64,000 nt of DNA from Macrostomum lignano (Eukaryota). Under the pieces are notes generated by a model. It did not search any database and was not told the DNA's origin. It worked only from the letters and a program-made list of their open reading frames with translations. The position numbers and the translations under genes were made by a program. The stretch is taken from assembly GCA_002269645.1 (NCBI GenBank), contig NIVC01001718.1:1-64000 (forward strand), given 5' to 3'. Positions 34,148 to 64,000 of this stretch are shown piece by piece (position 1 is the first letter of the stretch; each line of letters opens with the position of its first letter).

Positions 34148-37079
34148 GTTATATCCTTAGAGATTTTGTTTATTAAAGTAAAAGTATAATTCATAGTTAA
34201 TTAAATATATTCAAACTAAGTTGAAACTTTCAAGGCCAAATATATATCATTTCACTAGCTAATGATCTATACAAAGCTATTATATAGAATATTATCTAGT
34301 TACTATGCTTTTCCTATAGTTTTTAACTTTTTAGCTTTCTTAGCAACCAGAAATAATTTGTCTAAGCCTAGTATATAATATAATATCAACATAGATTATT
34401 ATATAATAGAATATTCATATGCAACTGCTAGTGGTAGCCAACCTAGCCAATTTGGCTATTATAAATTATGGAAAAAAAAGTTAATGACTTATTTTATTGT
34501 TTTGACTTTATTATTAGATGATAAAATTTAAAAATAATGAAAATGTTTTACTTTGCTGATTTAGGAAGGTCACAAAATTATAGGGCCTATATTTTATTTT
34601 CAATCAAAACTGCCTAGGCCTACCTAAAAATTATGACTTGCAAAAAATCCTCTAAGACCTCCAAAAATAGGATATAGTCTAATAAATAAATCCCACACTA
34701 AAATAGGACCAAATTTATAGTCAAAGTCAAAGTCAAATCACTAATACTAAAAAGTAAAAAAACTACACATAGACCCTACTTGACTTTGAAAGACAATACA
34801 GAGACAGACACAGTTGAATACTTGAATATAACTATTTTTTAAAAATAAATATAAAAACACTACAAAAAACATTAGAAAATGCGAAAACATTTCCAAGCTC
34901 TCCATTTTTATTCTCTATATATTGACAGCAGTGCATCAAGATAGTCAGAATTTGCTAAGAATAGCAGCAAGCCGAGGCCTGTGTCGTGTGCATCATCTTT
35001 GCAGCTGGATATTAGCCCCATCTACTAAGTATGATTTGTAGGCTTTCCATTTGATTCTATATCTTAACAGCACTGCTACAGGGCAAATTAGTTTTTTGGG
35101 CTGAAAATGATAATCTCCTATCTCCGTAATGTTACTCCGCAATCTTGTATTTTTTGCTAAAACCGGCCTCAATAAACCTTTTTCTAAGAAATATAGTTTA
35201 CCGTCCTTCCACTTGAATATTTATTAGCTATATCAATTAAAGATCAAACCTGTGCTTTAGTCTTTGTACTGAATACTTATCTTCAGTTCGCTTTTCCTAC
35301 CCTACTCGTGCAATTACCTACTATATACTGTATTATGGAAAAATTTTGTTATTCCGCCAATAAATTATAAGTTCATCAAGGCAAGGGCGGTGCTGGCCAG
35401 ACTAATGCGTCGCAGTAATTACTTATGTTGACTGAGTTCATGATACAGTTTAACGCTACAGGAAACGTTTTGACTGCTGATAGAAACCACACTTCTCCAA
35501 AAAGGTCCATATTTAATTCTTATGCATGACGCATACACCACTGTATATGTGGTCCTTGGTATACACTTCAAGACAAGCAACAACGTAATAAGTCGTCCTT
35601 GGTGAAATTAGCAGTTCATTTTACACTTGCTAACTCCAGGACATGGATTAAAAAGTCACAAGATGCCATAGAAGCTGCTGACAAAAAAACGAAGTAGCCG
35701 ATCAATCGGAAAAATGCTCATAAATTGGTCTCATTGTTAACCTATGACTAACTATTTAATGTTAATTCATAATGTAAATTTAGTTTAGGTTAGTAAATAA
35801 AGCACATTCAGTCAAATGGTAAAATGATATTGCACGCACTGTAGACTGACATAATCGATCAATAAAAATCGATAGTTTTCTCATTATTCAGTCCGATGGC
35901 CAGAGAGCCGCGAAAATATTAATTTAAATTTATTTTTTGATGTTAGATATTTCTTATCCACAATCGAAGCATGCCTGAGCAGCAATAACACATTAACTTT
36001 TTGAAAGCAACACAACGATCCACATCCAATTAAATTATGATTATTAGCTATTATAATTCGGGCAGACTAAAATATAGAAAAGTAAAAAAGACGATGTTCG
36101 ACGACGTCACACTCAATCGAGTGCTTTTAGAAAGGGAAAAAGGGCAAGGTTATTTAAAACTACGCTCCAGAAAAGTTTGGAGAAAATCGTCTTTAGATAA
36201 ACAAACGGCATGAGAATTGCGGATTGTGTTGAAGAGGGTTAGGGTTCCGACAGAAATGACTTTAAAGGGCTGGTAAGTGTGGCGGGGGTTAGAGCTTGTT
36301 TTTTTACTTGCATAGATGGACAATTCGCGTGAATGAAAATATCAGAGGAGCAGGTGTGTGTGTGTGTGAGAGAGTGTGTGTGTGTGTGGTCAATCAACAG
36401 GTAGATGTGACCTATAAAAGCAGTTTTCAATTAAGTAGAGCTAATAGGTACAGCAGCCTGACAGAAGGTAAAATTTCAGATTGAGCTTGAAACAGGTGCA
36501 TTTTAACTACCGGTAGGGTTTGTCAGAAATGTTTCACTTCTTACTTACTGAGTAAACAGTTTGGTTTTTTATCGAAGAGAAGCCAAAATCGCAATGAATG
36601 ACGCAATATTTACAGCCGTCCCGCGCCAATGGCAAGGTGGTGAGAGGGAGAGCAAGACGCACTGAATACCCCATGAAGGTGTCAACTTTATGGAAACTTC
36701 AATTAGGCGCTACTGAACTACAGGCTAAAACAGAAAAAGACAACTAATTAAAAACAGTTGGGACATGTCTAAGACGAATTAACAATTTCTACTCAAGGAC
36801 GTCTTTATCACGCTTAAACATGTTTCTTTTGAACTGTTCTTTATGTAAATGAAGTTCGCATGACTTGGCCATGGGTAATGCTTCTAAAGGAGTCCCATAC
36901 TTTTTATCATGACTTGCGAGTTTCCCGTCCTGAGTGATCAAGACGTCCTTGTTTCTATTTGTATATACGCGTGTTCTGCAGTTCCAGCCACAGGCCACCG
37001 AAACTCCAGATGGGCCAGTTCGTTTTCTCTCACTTGAGCGTCTGGTTTTGTTTTGGGTTTTGTCTCAAGGACAACTCAA

Positions 37080-37437
37080 ATTTAGAAGGCCGGTTTTACC
37101 GAAAAAGTACATTACGGACATAGGAGGTTTTCATTTTTCATTGCTTTCGATAGGAGGCAGACCCAATGCTCACCCTTTGATATTCAAAAAAATTCATAAA
37201 ACCAAGGAGTCGAGCTGTGCCATTTTTTATGATTGTTAGGCACATGGCATGTAGGTAGGATATAAAACATAGAATCCTAAAGCTTTACGAGGATCAGGAG
37301 CAATAAGAAAGGCAGGACATATCAAAAGATGAACACTGGGTCTGCCTCCTATCAAAAGCAACAACAAATTTTGTGCTGAAAAAATGAAAACCTCCTTTCT
37401 TCATCGTGTATTATTTCGGTAAAACCTGCTTCCTAAA
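37080..37437. mobile_element. MITE-like palindromic element
   Basis: About 105-120-bp imperfect inverted arms (37080-37182 vs 37319-37437), for example GATAGGAGGCAGACCCA and TGGGTCTGCCTCCTATC. Confidence 0.65.
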
Positions 37438-37803
37438 CATTCCAAGAAGTTTCCAGTCCTTGTACTTGATTAGTCCTTGTTTTGTCTATGGTCAAAGCCG
37501 ATAGGCCAGACTAAAGAACAGAAAAAACTTGTCTTTGGATTGCTTAGGTAGCAATTGGCCCATCTAGTGTGCTTGAGGCGGTCTGTGACCCCTGCTTAGT
37601 ACTTCAAGTAAAATAGCGAGGAGGCCAGTGGGTGCAGGCCTAACAGAGCGGAGAAGGTCAGAGAGGGAAAGTGGTAGGTAAAGTATGAAAACAATCAAAA
37701 TTTTTGTTGTTGCAAACAAGGTCTTCCATTATTTAAAAAAAGTAAAACCTCAGGTTCGGTCATCTTTTTAGTCAATCGGTGAGGGTCGCGCCGGCCTGGA
37801 CTC

Positions 37804-60053
<22,250 letters not shown>

Positions 60054-61214
60054 GATCTCTTTCGCTTCGCTCTTCAAGTACGTTTTGTGTGAACTATATA
60101 TATGTTATCAAGTGTATATAGAATTTGCTAAAAAATGGGCTGCAACGGCGAGTATATAATAGCAGTAGTGCCGTCACTTCTTTAAGGGATGAATAGTTTG
60201 GAACAGAATCTTGTCTTGTAAGCTATTATAAAAGGCGGCGCATGGTTTAGACTCTGGAAATTTCCATGGGGAGCACGGGCCGGGTCTGGGTAACCTCCCC
60301 CTCCCCCATTCAGAACCAGTGGAGTGACGCTTCCACTTCAATGTACATTGGTTCAAAATGAGTTTGTGGGGGTGAATGTACACAGAGTTGGTCCGGGGAC
60401 GAGAGGACTGACTGTACATTCTTGCCTTGTGTTCACATGATGCCCACCCCCTACTTTCGTTCGCAAGCCTTTTCAGCTTGGGAAAGCATTTGGAACTAAG
60501 AAGCTATTTATATATGTATTATTGCAACTATTCCTCTCACTCCTAACTGTTTACTAATACTAATAATATGGCTATACTATACGAGCCAATGCACATTGGA
60601 GGCGTTTTATTATTAACATTTGCGAATTACCTCGATGCCCTATTGACCATTATCTCTACCTATAAAAACCATTTTGGCATAAAAATAGCTCGTATTTTCG
60701 AACAAACTCAGCAAGATAGGGATTCCAAAGGGATTCAAAAGCAATGCAATTAATAAGTTCTGATCTAGTAACTATCCTATGGCAATCAATAAACCGATGC
60801 CAACAGGTTACAGACGCTTTTAAATTCGGGGTTTTAGTGCTCCAAATTCTAGGAATTTTGTATTTTGATTCCTGCAATAATTTAGTATATTCCAGTTATA
60901 TTAACTACCTATTGGCTACACTAGCGCTGGAGCTGTTGTAATAAAATGCCTAAACCAAATATATAAATGCCTAAATGCCCAATGCCTTACAGATCGATAC
61001 TACTTTGGTAAGAAAAAAATTAAATTGAGAGCGATACCATGCCTAATGCCTCGAGCCGACGGCTAGTTTTTTCAGGTTGAAAATCACGTACCTTTAGTCA
61101 CTCATTATCTCGAACAACTATCCAGTCAGTCTCACAGATACTAATCTCAGTTCTCAACGCACTTAGGGCTAGGCTCTCCCCCCTATCCACTATTCTACTT
61201 TTGATCCCCAATTC

Positions 61215-61780
61215 CACTCACTCCTTTCCCTCCCATATATTCAACTATCTCAGGTCCCCAGACTCACTCTCATACATGCAGATCCCCAATCTCACTCCAG
61301 ATCCAAAATCTCACTCCTATATCCTCAATGTCACTCTCATATTACCAATCTCACTCTCATATCCCCAATCTCACTCTCATATCCTCAATCTCACTCTCAT
61401 ATCCTCGATCTCACTCCCGTTTCCCCAATCTCGCTCTCAAATCCCCAATCTCACTCTCATACCCTCAATCTCACTCCCATATCCCCAATCTCACTCTCAT
61501 ATCACTCTCAAATCTCCAATCTCATTCCCATGCCCTCAATCTCACTCCCATATTTCCAATCTCACTCCCATATCCCCAATCTCACTCTCATATCACTTTC
61601 ATATCCTCAATCTCATTCTCATATCCTCGATCTCACTCCCATATCCCCAATCTCACTCTCATACCCTCAATCTCACTCCCATATCCCCAATCTCACTCCC
61701 ATATCCCCAATCTCACTCTCATCACTCTCATATCCTCAATCTCACTCCCATATCCCCAATCTTACTCTCATCCTCAGTTT
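61215..61780. repeat. 20-bp pyrimidine-rich minisatellite (ATATCCCCAATCTCACTCTC)n
   Basis: Tandem units ending just before CACTCCCAG|G at 61789. Confidence 0.93.
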
Positions 61781-61823
61781 CACTCCCAGGTCTCCAAGAG
61801 TGCTTTGCACGGGCCACAGGCCC

Positions 61824-63800
61824 ATGCTTCACCTCTCACTTGTTTTGACACTTCTCAAAGGTTTGCATGCAATTTTTCTGGGTTGTAGTTTTGAGTGACA
61901 ACTCGAGTTCAGGAAGATGAATCGGGCCTAGGAAGCAAATCGACGATCAGTTGCTTTCGCTCCGTAGCAAGCAAACTTAATAAAGTTTGCAGTGCACTTC
62001 TTTATTGTAGTATCAGTTGAGTAAACATGCGGTAATAAATTCAATTTATTTAGTATATTCAATACTAGCCTTAGTATACTCAAGAGAAAACACAAGGCCA
62101 ATTACTAGTATTTTCCGAACCTTACGAGTGGCCTAAACTGACATATGTGTACAATTTTTAACTGTATGCAGCCGGTTTGCTGAGTTAAAAGCGATAATAT
62201 TCAGATTGCGAAATAGAAAAACTACTCTTATCGGGTCTTATCTAACTTTAATTTGAATTCGAAAGGTTAAAGTTTAGCGACACAACTGAACAACAAAGAG
62301 TTAAATCAGTTAAATTCCTTAGCTAACTTCAGTTTTGCCTTGACTTGAAAAAGAAATGTTACTAAATTTTAGCCTCATTATTTACCATGATACCATCTAA
62401 TTAATTATTCATCAAAGGACGTTGGATTGATACGACCTAAATACTAAATAGCCGCTTTAAAATGATTATACCTTATTAAACATTAAAGGATCCTGAATTG
62501 GCGAAAGTCCCATCCATCAATGTCTCACTGAGCCCAGAGGGACAATAGGGATCTACGTCAATTATCTATGGAATGAAAGAATGAAGGTCACTTTCGGACT
62601 TAAGTTGACACCCTCCTCACTTTCCCTAAGACCGAACCAACTGCGATTTTAATAAGCATCCTTCAACTCTATTTTTTGAGCGCAAGCAGCTTTCAGATCT
62701 GCATGGAACTTGACGCTGTAGAGATCTGTACTTCGGAGGTTGTATAGGATAAGTGATTGGTAGTTAGGATCAATGAAAGTAGTGTGCAATTATTTGTTAA
62801 AATAGAATTCAGAAACAAACAGTAATTGACAGATATCGCACGTTTCTTTGAGTGCGTTAAAGATCTAGGCACGGGCTGGGTACGCGAAGTTTTTTAGTGC
62901 ACTAACGATCCAGGCACGAGTGCGATAAGCGAAGCGCACGAGTGTCTAGGGTCCGGTAGTGTGCTCGAAACCCGTGCGTTAACATAATTACGAGGCTCTT
63001 ATCAAATGAAAATGATCATAGATCTTATATACACTATAGATAGACCACTCAAGTGGCAGCCAAACCATTAAGTCTATGGGAAGCTCTCCTAGAAGCGGTG
63101 ATTCCAAGATCTATGATCGAGATCGAGTTTCAATTTCGATCTTGGTCTCTTTGGACCATAGACAAAAGCGTATCCTTGTGTCTTGTGTCTTGTGTCGTGT
63201 GTCTTGCGTCGTGTGTCGTGTGTCTTGTGTCTTGTGTCTTGTGTCGATCATGTTATCTTTCGACCATAGATAGGTGCATTGACGCACGCAAAAACTTGGA
63301 GGTGGACTGAAAGAGAAAATGGCGGAGCTAAGAGAGAAAAAGTTATAGAGACAGAAAAATTTTTAAGAAGCGACGACTCAACGGATTTTGAGTGCAGCAA
63401 CGACCTTAGACACGCGAAGCGCACTCATCTCTCAATGGTCAATGGTCATCTCTCCATTGACGCACGCTCGTGTCGTTGATGCACGCTGTCTATGGTTAAA
63501 TCTGTCGTTGACGTTGCACTGTGAGACGGCTTTTCATTTGATAATATCGTTGGCCATGAAAACGCGAAAAGGGAGAGCAAGATGAAGGCGACTTCAATAC
63601 TCTATGGGTCGAATTATTTGCGTTCATTGAAAGGTTTATGACAAACTGTGACGTCTTAGCACTTAACTCTCCATTGCTTGCAGCTGTAAAATGGGTACCA
63701 GCATTAGCTGAGGTAATTGAAGGTGGTTGTGGCGACCCCCCAGTTCATGGACTGAACAGCCGTATGCAGCGCCTTCAGATGCGACGCGCAATAGCTGCGG
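61824..63800 (+). CDS. Tentative 5' coding exons of a divergently transcribed gene (61824-61860, 63684-63800); it would continue beyond the window
   Basis: ATG..AAA G|GT and TTGCAG|CT are both phase 1 and give MLHLSLVLTLLKAVKWVPALAEVIEGGCGDPP.., followed by G|GTGAGC. The first donor (GTTTGC) is weak and no homology is recognised. Confidence 0.25.
62869..63245. mobile_element. Possible Helentron-associated (HINE/DINE-1-like) non-autonomous element
   Basis: T-run, then TAGTGCACTA..long hairpin with a GCGAAGC loop region..TAGTGTGCT, then a (GTGTCTT)n microsatellite at 63175-63245. Confidence 0.35.
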
Positions 63801-64000
63801 GTGAGCTGTCGGTTGCACATCTGTCCATTGGGGCAGGTGTAATGAATTATTAAAAAATTATGTGATGTCTAGGGCCTATGTTGCCGTAGACAACGGACCT
63901 TAACTTTTACTGAGATGCGTCCCCCGTTCTTCTATTCCCAGAAAAAGAGTGAAGCTAAACTGCGCGCTGCTGAAATGACTATTATGTTTGCAATTCTTCG

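Noticed and set aside
18661-34152. A+B as one composite element inserted in a single event
   Set aside because: The flanks TTCC and GTTA give no target-site duplication, and the LTR pairs differ in apparent age.
36789-36998. 69-aa ORF with faint THAP-like spacing (C..C..CELH)
   Set aside because: It lacks the conserved Trp/Pro pattern and has no adjacent transposase; too weak to call.

Overview
This is eukaryotic (invertebrate animal) genomic DNA with GT-AG introns, many minisatellites and many transposons. The style resembles a free-living flatworm such as Macrostomum, but that is inference only. From left to right the window holds: the 5' part of a beta-tubulin gene (-) broken by many small indels; a nest of DNA transposons (a decayed full-length mariner, foldback/MITE elements, and a repeat family that begins with a diverged antisense copy of the 28S rRNA R2/I-PpoI target region); a solo LTR with a 4-bp TSD about 200 bp upstream of a 6-exon EF-hand rhomboid protease gene (+); an intronless ZCCHC10-like gene (-); two related Ty3/Gypsy retrotransposons in tandem joined by a chimeric LTR (A is young and carries an extra ORF in the env position, B is older and has lost RT); and an 11-exon K-Cl cotransporter gene (SLC12/KCC, -) whose introns are full of minisatellites and contain a nested antisense 3-exon orphan gene. 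A possible divergent gene starts near the right end. The strongest leads are the 28S-target-derived mobile family, Gypsy ORF3, the bulged and duplicated tRNA-Leu primer sites, the chimeric LTR, the nested orphan gene, and minisatellites abutting splice acceptors. All reading and alignment was done by eye; no searches were run.
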